Positions 25,801-37,932 are shown, counted from the whole stretch's first letter. The stretch is DNA of 54,268 nt, filler included, from Dirinaria sp. TL-2023a (GCA_051941275.1; 4 parts of 4 records of this genome joined end to end with filler, not necessarily neighbours in it), one strand, 5' to 3'. The notes: a model not told the origin generated them from the letters alone. A program made the numbers and translations.

Positions 25801-26335
25801 GCCGGCGAGCGACTTCGCCGATGTCAACCTACCACTTTTGAAGACTGCCAGACTTACTTTGCTTCGCATCAGCATAGGCACAAGTAGGACCCATGAAGCC
25901 ACAGTTGAGCACTTGGATTACATGCGCAAGCTTCGGGACAAGTGGGAGCAAGAAGACCCGAGTCTTAGGTTGAGTAGGGTAACCAGGAACGACATAAGCA
26001 AGCTGTATTCACGGATAACCCACGAAACCATCATCAAGTTAGATACGGCCAATACACCAGACGAGATCCAAGCATTGGAAAACGAGCTTCTCCATCAACT
26101 GGATAATTTGCTCGATGAGGAAGACTGCGTACAGGCCAAGCGAGCAATCTACGAGTGTCTCTCCGTCCTTGCATTCAAGCGCGAAGACTACTCGTCCGCG
26201 CTGCAGCATATCGATACGACGACCGACTTGGCCGGGAATATAGAGAATGTCTCTCCAGAAGGAATGCAGAAGCTCGCTCTGTTTCGAGAAGCCATACTCG
26301 CAGCTTCAACAGCTGACACAATCGAGGAAAGGTGA
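22864..26335 (+). CDS. CHAT (caspase-like) protease - NB-ARC/STAND NTPase - helical/TPR-like NLR protein, 1137 aa; intron 23595-23652
   Basis: LRWYIEDY, HWEILED, ILAITARP, IVRPGTF, catalytic VHLDLHG (His codon 23572) and VVINACES (Cys codon 23771), VGMRY; YGRE, Walker A GRAGTGKT (24197-24220), Walker B LIVLDNLD, VVLLSR, DGNPLAI, RLHPL; TPR-like end AIYECLSVLAFKREDYSSALQHI. A 58-nt GT-AG intron joins the two ORFs in frame. Confidence 0.9.
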
Positions 26336-27100
26336 CGAAAAATCAAACCTTGTGAGCGACGATACACATCTCTCATCCCAATCGAAACACTCATGATTTT
26401 CGACATCACGCTTTCTGCACTTCTAAAGCGAGCAGCGAGCCTTCATCAATCCACGCCCTTTCAAAGGCACCAGAACTTCCACTCTAAAAACAGGGCACGG
26501 CTTGCTCTGTATACGTTTTTCTTCGCAGTCTCCCCGGAATATATAATAACAGTACTCTCAACTTGTCAGATCCATCCGCCAACAGTTACTTCTAACTTTT
26601 AAAAGCGCAATCAATCTTTTTACCCATAAGGAAACATAAAGCGTTACACACCAAAAGATTAGAAAATCAGATGATAGTTATTATTATTAGCTACCGCGTA
26701 CGCAGCATAACTTCCACACATCTATCCGTGAGCTAAAAAGGAACGGGAGAAATGGGCCTGGTATCTTTCAGATGATAATATACGTCTTAAGACACTAGAA
26801 TGATGTTGTGGGATAGGCAACTAGGTCGCTGATTTGAGTCAGTTGGCCTTTTTGGGTAGAAAGTATCCTTGCTCAGACGGGATAGCTCTTCGGATAGCGT
26901 TGAACGATTTGATTCATAATCACGATGTTATTGTGACGAAGATCAGGGTTGAGAGTTTTGAGATCGAAGTTCACTGATCGTGAAATAACAATTAAAACTT
27001 GTCGAGGAAAGAAGCGGGGAGAAATCAACTGAGACTGTTTTCAATAATCCATCTGTCTATGAGGAGTTGAGATTATGTTAATTCACAACTCATCCATTAC

Positions 27101-27200
27101 NNNNNNNNNNNNNNNNNNNNNNNNNNNNNNNNNNNNNNNNNNNNTTAATTAATTAANNNNNNNNNNNNNNNNNNNNNNNNNNNNNNNNNNNNNNNNNNNN
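27101..27200. other. Artificial contig linker
   Basis: N run - TTAATTAATTAA - N run. Confidence 0.97.
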
Positions 27201-27888
27201 GACAAGAGATAACTTTTATCTCAACCATGTTACCTCTAGGACTTCTTTGGAAGTTTACAGCATCGAGTTGCGCTTCCATTTAATTGAAGAAAGAAACTCT
27301 GGATCATTCAGTAGCAACAATTCAGCACTGGTTCTAGGCTGATCTCAAGAGAGTTCGCTCCATCCTTTCAGTCATGATTTCTCAGAGATGTGTGCAACCA
27401 TCTGAAATATGATCTGTAACAGTGGGTGGTATTTGATTCTTCTTGACTGCCGACGAAATGGTCGAACCCACGAATAATGAGCTTAACAGCCATGGACCGA
27501 AAGTAACAATCAAGTCTCGGGTTAACGACTATGGAATCCTAGCTTGAATACTTTTAAGAAGAGGTTCAAAGTACTCAGTCGGCACAGCAGCAGGAAATCT
27601 CGTAATGTCTAATGGACTGAAAGAGACTTTATCCCCTTGGCCAAAAGATGACCTGGCAGCGGTTCGCACGAATAAGTCTAAAAGCGAAAGAGATAGCTCA
27701 TCGAAGACTGGATAGACAAGTGCTGGCCAAGAAAGCTCGGAAGAGTTATCATTGTGACTTCCATTTCTATAGATTGTTTCAGGGCAAGTGCTCTCTTTCT
27801 GTTCAGCGCTTTTATTGCTGGTCTCGCTCTTCTCTTCTTTTATCCTCTTTTGTTTTCTGGATTTTTCTTTTCCTTCTCTCTCGAGCAT
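27201..27888 (-). pseudogene. Decayed coding-like remnant of unknown family
   Basis: The frame of ORF 27529-27888 continues with protein-like composition through scattered TAG/TGA/TAA stops to the contig edge; no family recognised. Confidence 0.35.
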
Positions 27889-29499
27889 ACTGGTGGAGCA
27901 AAAATTTGCTTGTCAGAAAATATTCAACTATCGATTGAAAAGACTCTCTATTACCATTCAATTTTCTATATTTTCTATTGAGCATGTCTAGCTTCTTTAC
28001 TTGAGGCAGTAATTGTCAAAGATCTCCGGGCAACGAACTGATCGAGGCTGTGTCGAGTGAGTTTATCAATCTCGACGTTGAGCAAAAAATATAACACTTC
28101 TATTTTGATTCGCAACACAAAACATCAGACAGGAACATAAGAGAAAGTACCAAAACACAAACATAAACAATGCCTGAGCATATAAATCGCTCTCGACGGG
28201 TGAAGAGATACTCCGGACTCCTCTCCGATCACTTTAGGCATTAGCACAAAAAGTTCCTTGCTTCGAATTTACTGACATACATACTTCGTGGCTTTTCGTA
28301 CGGGGACCTTTATTGACAGATAATTATATGCACACTTTATCTTTATGTCGCTTTACCTAAGTATCTTTTGGACGTTGACTACAGAGGTATACTGCATCAA
28401 TGGACAAGAGCGAGAAATTGAGCACGAAGCGCAGCGCCACGAAAAAAGTTTTCGCTTGGCCTATTTCTCGGTATTTACGCTTTATTTGACTCATTCTCTA
28501 TCTTTTTAAATTCATGGTAAGACTTCGAGTGTTCTCGGCTCGGCTCTGGGATTCAGAGAACTGGCAAAAAGCGCAACCAGCGAGTATGAGAGAGGATGCA
28601 TACCTGCATTGCTCGATGCGCGATATGGAATGCACTGCACAGACACTTATACGTCTCCTCGAATCGAGTGGGCTTATAAGAAGCGGATGAACAAGCCGGT
28701 TAATCTTCTCATAGGACCACTTAGCAATCTGATTGTCATGAAAAGTCTTTACGGCAGATACTGCTTGCATTTCTGTTGCATTTTCCCAACGTCTTGAAAT
28801 AGAACATACCATCAGCTTCTTAGAGCATAAGATGACATGGACATTGAATTTCAGAAACTAATGCATCAGCTAGATCCTAAGGCGAGCGTGAGGATGTTTC
28901 TAGATTAATTCTATCAGAAACAAGCAGCAATCGAGATCGTGGTGACAAGCGTACGTTTATGTTCTGGAAAAAGAGTCAGGAGATATGAGCAGAAATCAGA
29001 CATGACGACATCTATGCAGATTACATCGCGAAAAAAGCAAGTGGTTTTACTAAAACTTCTATCAAGAGTGTCATCGAGAAAAGTCTCGAGCGTTTGACAA
29101 GGCAGGATCAAGAGATCGATGTTCAATCTATCTTGACAATCGACTTAAGTCAGAGCTTCGAGTCTAATATACTCATACTCAGTTCAATTAGCACTCGCGA
29201 TAGAGATATATGAGCATTCGAAATTGCTCCTCTTCATTGCTAACGCTTAATGAATTTATATGTCTTTATCGCACAGACGACTAACTAAAGCTGAAGTAGT
29301 TTGAGGAAGCAATCTTCGAACCTCCTGACAATCATTCTTTGAAGATTTAGTGCAGTGCTCACTTGGCATCCCACTTCAAGTCATACTCTGAAAAGGTTCT
29401 CTAGCCTACCAGAATTTTTTTTTTTTTTTGCGCGCTGCTTAACGCTGGTCCTTGAGATCATTCATGCACTCCTGTCTGGTCTCTTTGTCTCCCTCATCA

Positions 29500-30460
29500 C
29501 TAATCTACTTCAGCGTAAATTATTATTCGTCGTTATCTTTCGACGTAGAACTCATCATCATACTCATCTTAGACGATGTATCATTGAGCGCTCGATGAGT
29601 CAAGACTTTCATCGAGATCAATGAATACTCGAGACGATTATACTTTTATCGTTTCTCAACGCCAACGCGAGACTTTGCTTTATTCTTTTTTCTCTAAATA
29701 CAGATTTTTTAATTATTCTCGTTCTCGAGCGTTTTACATTTCGTTTATTATCATCATATAAATTTGATCTCATATCATCGCGTGATTTTAAAAATTTGAT
29801 TCGATCGAGAATTTCTTTTATTAGAGACGATCTTTTGAATCACGAAACATAATCTTATCGTTTATGTCTCGTTCGTCTCATTTCACTGAAACAATACAAT
29901 TTTCAATTGAAAAAATCAAAGAATTCTTTCGAAAGCAAATATCACATCGTCAAATTTACAATTCACGATCGAAATCATTATATTCAATCCAAACGACATA
30001 ACTTTTAATTAAAGAAATCAATGAGTCATCTCAAGAACAAATGACTCGTGGTCAAACATATAACATTGTCGATAATAATTGCATTTTCGATTTTTATCGA
30101 TTCTCAGTCGAGACGTGCACCTCAATCACGCTCTCATGATATCGAGCTAAAAACTTTAACGAGTTATTTTTTCGTATGAAGTCGCTCGTTCACGATCGCA
30201 GACATCAAGAAATCAATCTCGATATAATCAACAGAATAATAGCAGCGTTGAGTCAATCCAATCTCAATCTCGTAATTCTTTAACATCTGCTACTTCTGCT
30301 GTCTCTGCTATCATCGTTGATCGTCCGTCTTCACATCTACGAGTTCGATCATCATCGTTAATTCTATAGTCATTCATTCGAACTCGACAATCATTGATTC
30401 GCTTTTAGTTCGAGCACCTGACTCTTCGTCGTTCGAGCTTCGATTAAGCAATGTGTCACC
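29500..30460. repeat. AT-rich, RIP-like hypermutated repeat relic
   Basis: Strong depletion of CC/GG dinucleotides, abundant TCG/CGA, no intact ORF. Confidence 0.6.
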
Positions 30461-31193
30461 CAAGCACAATATATGCTCGATCAACTTTAAAGTCCTGAGT
30501 TAAACTGAAGCTATCTTAGCGAGCGGTCGTTTTGAACTTTTTTGATTTTTTGATTTTGCTTTTTTTTTTTTTGATTCACTTAGTCTCTATGGATTCTTGA
30601 ATAAGGTCATCACAAAGTAATCGAAGACAATATCAGAAATGATCTTTGATTCTTAGAATGAAGTTGAGTTGATCTTTTGAAAGAATTGTCGAGTAGGAAC
30701 ACGTTTTCTATATTAGCGTTAAATTGCTGATATGTTACCAACAGAGGCTTATGGCAACCGACAATAGACCAAGCGGAGGTTTTCGAGCATCGAAATATAG
30801 TCTGAACCAGAACTAGACAGAAAGAGCACCTTGGAGCAAATTGAAAAGTGTGTTAGTGATCATGATTTGAAAGAGGAGGGTTTTCACAGAGGAACCTCCA
30901 CGAACCATTCTCTCTATGAATTACGTTTGGCTAACATGTATATCATATTTATATATGTCCAGAAGGGAGCCTTCAACGGCAGAAATGAGATTTCATTGGA
31001 CGAGATAATCATTCACAAGAAGATAGTTCGGCTTTTTGAAGATCTGGGTGCTGCTGCCACACAATGTTTCCGGCGACCACAAGAGGGAAGTAGAACGAAG
31101 GGACCTGAGGCTGAGATAGTGGACAAAGCTCTGCTGTAATAGAGAGAATCTGTAAGCTTTTAGCGCGCATGAAATTAATTTTAATGCATGAGC

Positions 31194-31667
31194 ATTTAGC
31201 GTGTGCATACGTGATGCGAGATCTTGGCGTCCAAAGTTCTTTCCTCTCCCCTACATGCTTGCATTTATCACTACTTACTGTTGTCTATCAATGTCTTCTT
31301 TCTCCACTCGATGCTTCAGGATTAAAATCGTAAAACTGCTCTTTTTCTGGCGTCTTTTTAATACTTAAACGATCTATCGATTTGACAATGACGATTTCAT
31401 GAAGAATCGATTCATCGAAACCTCATGAAAACGTTTATTTTGCTAAAAGCCCGTTTTTTCGCTGAGAAGGAGCGATTACATAGAATCATGAGTCAGCAAA
31501 AAAAGTCAAAGGATATTTGTTTGAGAGATGACGCTGAACGAGGGCGATGTGGCGGCAGCGGCATTACTTTAAAAAAAGAAATTGTTACCTCGTAGACTGC
31601 GCATGTAGGGGAGTGTAGAGTGTTGAGATGCCAAGATTTCGCAACAGACATGCATATATTGCCAATT
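31194..31667. mobile_element. MITE-like non-autonomous element, copy 2
   Basis: About 55-60-bp imperfect TIRs (gtgtgcatacgtgatgcgagatcttggcg...cccctacatg / catgtagggg...gatgccaagatttcgcaacagacatgcatat); internal blocks shared with copy 1 (cactcgatgcttcag, tcgatttgac, gatgtggcggcag). Confidence 0.78.
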
Positions 31668-32738
31668 GAAGGGCTTGCTTCCGAGCAACGTTTGGATCCG
31701 CGAGTGATGATAGCTCAATGGCTTATGTGCGACTACTATAGACGATGAGATATTATATAGCAGGCATGCGGCTAGGGCAAAGATCGCTACTTGTTCGTGC
31801 CTCTTATGACGCCTCATGCTTCTTTCGAATCATTGAGCGGCATTGGAATTGGAACGAGTGCATTTATTGACCGTCCGAAGCCCCTAGAAACGGTAAGCTT
31901 AGTTTGTAAACATGAATAGTACGAATCGGAATAGAGCGTAGCTTAGAAAGACACACCTCTTTTGAAGCTGGAAGACGATAAGGGATACAGTCCAACATCT
32001 TTCTGCACGAGCGGGCCTATTTGGTGATCTCTAATAGCATTCGGCGTACCGTGCCTTATGCGAGCAAACTCTCGAGACATGCCGATTCCATTTGGCGAAC
32101 TTCATGCGTTCCGCCTTCAGCGTATTCTGAGGCAACTAGGCAGCAAAGCGACTTTGCGGGGTATCTGCACTCTTTTTCGTGTGCTTTCCATGCGGTCCAA
32201 TCCAATGGTTGCTCTGGCCCTGGCCGAGGGGAGCATCATGACGGAGGGGTGTGACTTCCTAAGGCAACTACAGACGCATGTCCATGCAGTGACCGCATTT
32301 GATCGATCAAATGAAAGGATTGGGGATCACCTTGGCCGCGTTCAAGTGTGTGTGTAGTGATGCGCTGCGTCTCACGTATGCTCACTGCCGGATCTATTGC
32401 TTTCGAAAAATCACAGCACGCAGCTGTTCTTGAAGACTCTCCTTGTGCAGATCTCATTAGTCTGCGACTCAGCTGCTACGAGACGTCTTTCCTTACGACA
32501 TTGTAGTCTTTCATAGTAGATGAAATAGCAACTCAAGCTCATCTACAAAGCCCGAGTAAGTGACCGCGGCAGCTCAGTCGCTAAAATCAAGCCCGGTCCT
32601 CAGCAGATCCATTCCTTGGATACAGCTGCCTATCGACCCACGTGCAAAAGTCTTCGAGTGCCCTTGCTCCGTACAAAGACTTATTCCGCAAACAGTTGCG
32701 CGCTGATGATACTTATAATCCTGACAGCGACAGGGTTG

Positions 32739-34080
32739 TCAGACTATATCGTCTCGTTTCTTGATCCTCTGACCTCCGTTGAGAGTGCTACTTAAGTCTG
32801 TAAATGTAGGAATTTTGGCTGCACGGGAAGACTCAGTATCTATCATGATGATAGCGGAGCTACTAGAAAATTCCCTTTGGCCGGACTGTTCTGTGACAGA
32901 CGTAATTTGAGGTGGTCCTTCGTCTCTTCCGCGCCGGTCATCGAACCGCCAATATGTCGGGGTAAGATCCTGCTTCGGCTTGTGAAGTTTTCCTATCGCT
33001 CTTAGAACCTGCATCGCGGTTGTCTTCTTACCGGCCTCTTTATACAGAAACCAGGCATTTATGTATGATTTTAGGTTTGATTGAAGGTATCGAAAGCACG
33101 AGGCACAGGCTGGCATGCAAGCCACTTTAATGCTCACGTTATTTTCAACGATACTAGTAAAAAAACTAGGTAAGTGTGATCTTTCTAGGGGATAGAATGG
33201 CTTCTCACGCAAGAATTTCTACCGCGCACGTGTTCCATAGCGAATCAGCGCTATCTAGAAACCGAATTCTGTACCCCAGACCTGTTACGCTGGCAACACA
33301 CGCACTGTGGCACGCCCATTATATTAGCATGCGCTCAACTTTACTTTCGATATGCGGAACTTACATAAGACCAGTCATAAACACACTCATTACTCCAAGT
33401 TTTCGCTTCGCTTTCATTTTCAGATGCCAGACCATCGGAATAGGCAAGTACAGTATGTAGAAGTCTAGGATAGCGTTCATGGAGTCCTGTATGATGCCCC
33501 ATACGCGTGTATGCGCGCATCGTGAGATTTTGGCAGGACTATCAAAGGACTCCCCTTGACGAGGTGCGCAAAAGACGCTGTTGATTATCAGAGTACTCAA
33601 GAACGTGATCGCGGCCCAGAGGATACCCAGATAAATCATATATCGAGTCCGGTGACTTGGCGAGAACAGACGAAAGAGGAGCATTAGAATAGAAAGCTTT
33701 GTGAGCAAAATGGAGAAGCCTCCTATGTAAGGCATAAGCAAAACCAACACCAAAAGCCTAACAGAGATACCGCTGATGGGCATATCCCATGAATGAACTG
33801 CGTATCGTCGCGTGCTGATAATGATGCCGGTATACGCCATCGAGAAGCCAAAGGCAAGGGTTATCGCTAGGTCATCGACCCCAGCAGATTGAGTCAATCG
33901 AACATTATTGTAAAGGCGAGCTGATAACAGTAAGAACGATAAGACCGAGGTGACGGCACTGACAGCAATTGCGGTTGGAGCCAAGGAATCGGAGTTTTCA
34001 AAGTTACTTGTAAGCCCCGGTGGAGGGTTTACCACCGGGATCATGGAAAGATTGATGCCCGGCGCGGGGGAGGAGTCCAT
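32739..34080 (-). CDS. PTH11-like (fungal rhodopsin-domain) integral membrane protein without CFEM; exons 34080-33365, 33304-33209, 33153-32739
   Basis: PPPGLTSNFEN, ARLY, GVDD, HSWDM, KLSIL, DFYILYLPIPMVWHLKM, RKLGV, IVENNVSIKVACMP; two GT-AG introns in frame. Confidence 0.9.
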
Positions 34081-35121
34081 GGTAGTCGCAAAGGGAGTGA
34101 ATCATTCAACGGCTAGGTAGCAGGAGATATTCGGGAAATAATCAGCCAATGTGCTAGAAAGGAAATCTCTTAGAGGAAAATGGAGATTTGCCAGTTCAAA
34201 TAGGAGTCATAATGTGTTCATGCACTTTAGCTGTTCTGCATTAGCTAATGGTCCCCCATGAAGCTCCCACCTGTAGAGACACGGATTTGAAATGCCGGCT
34301 TGATATCCGGACACGGGCCATTTTAAGTGCTTTACAGTCCTGTGAAAAGCACTTATGCGTTGCTGTTCTAACACATTGGCCAGGGTGATGGACGAGAAGG
34401 GAAAAAGAAACTCGCATCGTCAGATCACAGCGATCATTTATTGAGCATCGAAGAGTATCGGTGCGCATCCTGAGGAAAGCAACATCGAAGCGTGCCGTGG
34501 CGATCTGAGCCTGTGCCGATGTTCCACGAGGACTCGCATTTGCTCAATCGGTAGTTTTTGCGTGCGTGCCATAAGAAATTGTAGGTCGGAATAAGGTAAA
34601 GCACAGAAGCCTAGGTGGCGTCTGCAGAGGCATGCGGCAGATGCAAAGCAATTACCGTAGTGCAGGATAGTCGTGTGATCGTACGTACTTGCATGCTTAG
34701 AGTAAGATCGCATCCCCTCTCGAGCCTCATATCAAGGCGATCGCAAACATGAAACAAGATACAATGGCCTAGAATGCCTTGCAGATGCATTCTGGTGCTT
34801 GGATGATATTCGTTTTCTCGTCGTTGGTGTGTGACATCCCCAAGTGCTCCGAAACTAGCTCGATCGAGTCTAGTGCTTCGTTTACCAAAATTTCTCTGCC
34901 CATGCATGATTACTCTTCCTTCCCCAGGTAATCTTACCTTGTTTACATAGTATCAATCCAATTGATCAACTACTTCATCGCTGCTTGCATGAACGCCCAT
35001 CTTGCCCAGATGCTAAAACCGAGACTGTTACGGGACCCTCAATTGCCAGGCGACTCAGTCCCACATTATCAGCCATATACGACACCGACTGTCATCGCAA
35101 GCATTATTAGTGCCCGCCAGC

Positions 35122-36379
35122 ATGCACCCTTTAGTGCGCACTCTTTTTCTGACCTTTATGCAAGTTTTCCTCAACGCATGCATCGTCGGTTTCTTCCCTC
35201 GTTCTTCTTCTTTGCGCCTTGCTGTTCTTCCGTTGATAGTTGTGTGTGTGTACGGAACACTTCCAATCTGCCTCGAAGCCACTGGTCGAGTCATCTGGGC
35301 TGCTCTTCTTGGAGCGCATAGTGTCAGCTTCCTCGTCCAATACATTGACACCGCGCTCATAAGTCAGTGGAGCGCTGATGTGGGCGGCCCGACCAAGCAA
35401 GCGTTCCAGCGTTCAAAAGAAAGGGACTACCCCGCCACCCCTGCGACTCCCATTCGGAATCCTTGGGAGCGGCTACGATTTGGATTTTATGCTGCAGTAT
35501 CCACACGGAACTTGGGGACTCCATACGAAGTCCACGGCGTGCCGCCTTTCTCCATTGACGATCCAAACTATGTGCCCTCCAAAGGCCCATTTCTGCTTCG
35601 GAAGTCTGTGCTACTCCTTGCTTGTTACCTGACCCTCGACTTGGGTGATATCGTTTCCCAGCCTGAGCGAAATCATATATTCTTCAACCCCTCAAAGGTA
35701 TCTCTGAGAAACCGCAACAACTGGTCCCCCTGATAATCTTGTCGCTCGTTCATCCAGTGTGTTGGGCTTCTGGATTAGTCTATACTGCGTAATACAACTG
35801 TATATGGGCTTGATTGCTTTTGTGACTACAGCATTAGGCTTGAATAAGGTCGAGTCGTGGCCGCCAGCATTTGGTCCGATTACCGAGGCTTACACACTAC
35901 GCCGTTTCTGGGGGGTTTTCTGGCACAAGTATCAGCAACAAAAGATGTCAAGACCGGCAGCTTATGTCACTGATCAGATCCTGCGTGTGCCCAACGGTAC
36001 ACTGCTGTCGTGGTACACGCATCTATTCATGACCTTGCTGATATCAGGCTATATGCACGCATTGACTGAAATAGCGGAGGGTATTCCGTGGGAAAGATCA
36101 GGTGCAGTTCATTTCTTCTACACTCAAGCTGTTGGTATAGTGCTCGAAGATAGTGCTCAAGGTATATATCGCCGAAATCCAAACCGTTGTGAGCGAGATA
36201 CCGCGAAGTCTCCTGTAATCTATCTATGGATCGGCTACCTCTGGACGGCGGCATTCCTAATTTGGTCGACACCGGCCTGGATCTATCCTTCTTTGTATGA
36301 AAATAAAGGAGAAGAAAAGGACATGACCGTACCAATCTCGATTTTGAAGCCGCTAGCTCGAGTTTTGAAATTAGATTGA
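35122..36379 (+). pseudogene. MBOAT/wax-synthase-type acyltransferase (TRI7-like) with an apparent +1 frameshift at 35726-35730
   Basis: STRNLGTPYEV, PPFSIDDPNYVPS, WPPAFGPITEAYTLRRFWGVFWH, LISGYMHA, FFYTQAVGIVLED, GYLW; two ORFs in different frames that join if one C is removed. May be a sequencing error in an intact gene. Confidence 0.75.
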
Positions 36380-37932
36380 AGCGAGGAACTAGCGGAAAAA
36401 GATTGCTACGCTTCCGCACCTCATGCAACTTCTGGTGGGTTATGTATGCCTTGACTCTAAGAAAAGTCATGGGTGCGCAAGATCCTCAATGATTCTATAA
36501 GAAATTGGTATCGAGGTATATTGCAGCGTGTAAAGACCACATATCGTCCCAGCGCCTGGGCTGCATCGACGGACCCTACATCTCTGGACAACAGCCCCAG
36601 AGCCGGATGGCTGAGAAAGACTTACAGGTAAGAGAAATTTTTACGAAAAATGACGCGGTGACACTCTGTCCCACACCCAGTTGGTATCGGGTAACCCGGA
36701 AGCTTCTTCTAGTTGCAAACATGGCTGTCAATCGTTCGGGAAAAGTGATGCATTTAATAATCATCTCGAGAGAGGATATCATAGCCAGGAAGGTCAATGG
36801 AACTGTAAGAAACCTTGAGTTTTGACGATTAACATTCAGTGAGCTTTTTCAAATTTCATCAGTGTACCTCTTATAGCCATCCTCAATCTGGTTCGCTTTC
36901 ACGAGTCTACTACGATATCGACCTATTCGAAGGCCACTCAATACTCGACTAGATAAATGTGTATGTCAGAACGGAGCAAATACAGCACCATGCTACATTG
37001 GTTAATATCCCCACGCGGTGTAGAGTTTGAAGTTCAGTTCTCAGGCTCAGAGTCTGATAACGCTGGTCTGAAGACCATTTGCTATTGGTTTGACGTTCTT
37101 CAAACCTCTAATTGAGTGGGGAGGAAGATACGCTGCTGGCTGCAGTGACAGCATTTTGGGGGGGAGAGCCCTCCAGGAGACTCCCATCTGAGATGGAAGT
37201 GTGCCTGTTGTGGCCCAGAAAGGCATTTGGTCGCGTGACGGGTCGCAGATCGATTCTACGTCATCCCTGAAAGGGGTTAGAGGGCGGCGTAGAGTGATTC
37301 CGAGGAACTGCCGAGTGCCCGCCAATCATCACGTGACTTTAGCAAAATCTTTTTTCAAAGGTCTAGACAATCCCAATGGCTCAAAGAACCATGTCCCTAA
37401 CCTTCAATTAACCATTTCCCCATCTTCTCACTAACTGAGATAGGACTACCGGATTCAAATGTAGGGTCGCGCGAGGGCTGATGCGAGAAAGCGACCCGAA
37501 CAGAAAGCCTTTGGGACTGATAAGATTGGAAGAGGACCACGCCGATGCATGTCTAGAATGTCTTAGCCTCCAGACCTGCAGCAATCCTGCGCTCAGCGAT
37601 CTAATCAGCGTCTCTGATACGGCTGATCAGCCACAATCCCGCAATTCAAGGCTAAATTTCTAATGATCTACTAGAGGCCAAGACCTTACAAGGCGAAAAC
37701 TTAGCTCTGTCTTATCGTCGACTTTTTACTCGCTCAGCGAGGTTATCTCATCGCAATGGCTAAATCGACTATCAACTCTTGACGTAGATGTGCCTGGTGA
37801 GAAAAGCAACCAAGATGGAGAAGGTTATTTCTAGAGGAAGCTGCACTGGTTTTCTATCATCTAATTCTTGTTGCGTACCTATCACCAAAGCACACCCTGG
37901 CAGCATAGCACGGACCAGAAAGATCCATAGTT

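Noticed and set aside
30040..30090. YNIVDNNC peptide in the hypermutated tract, resembling a permuted papain-like (PPPDE) active site
   Set aside because: Short motif in a stop-riddled AT-rich frame; cannot be supported without a search.
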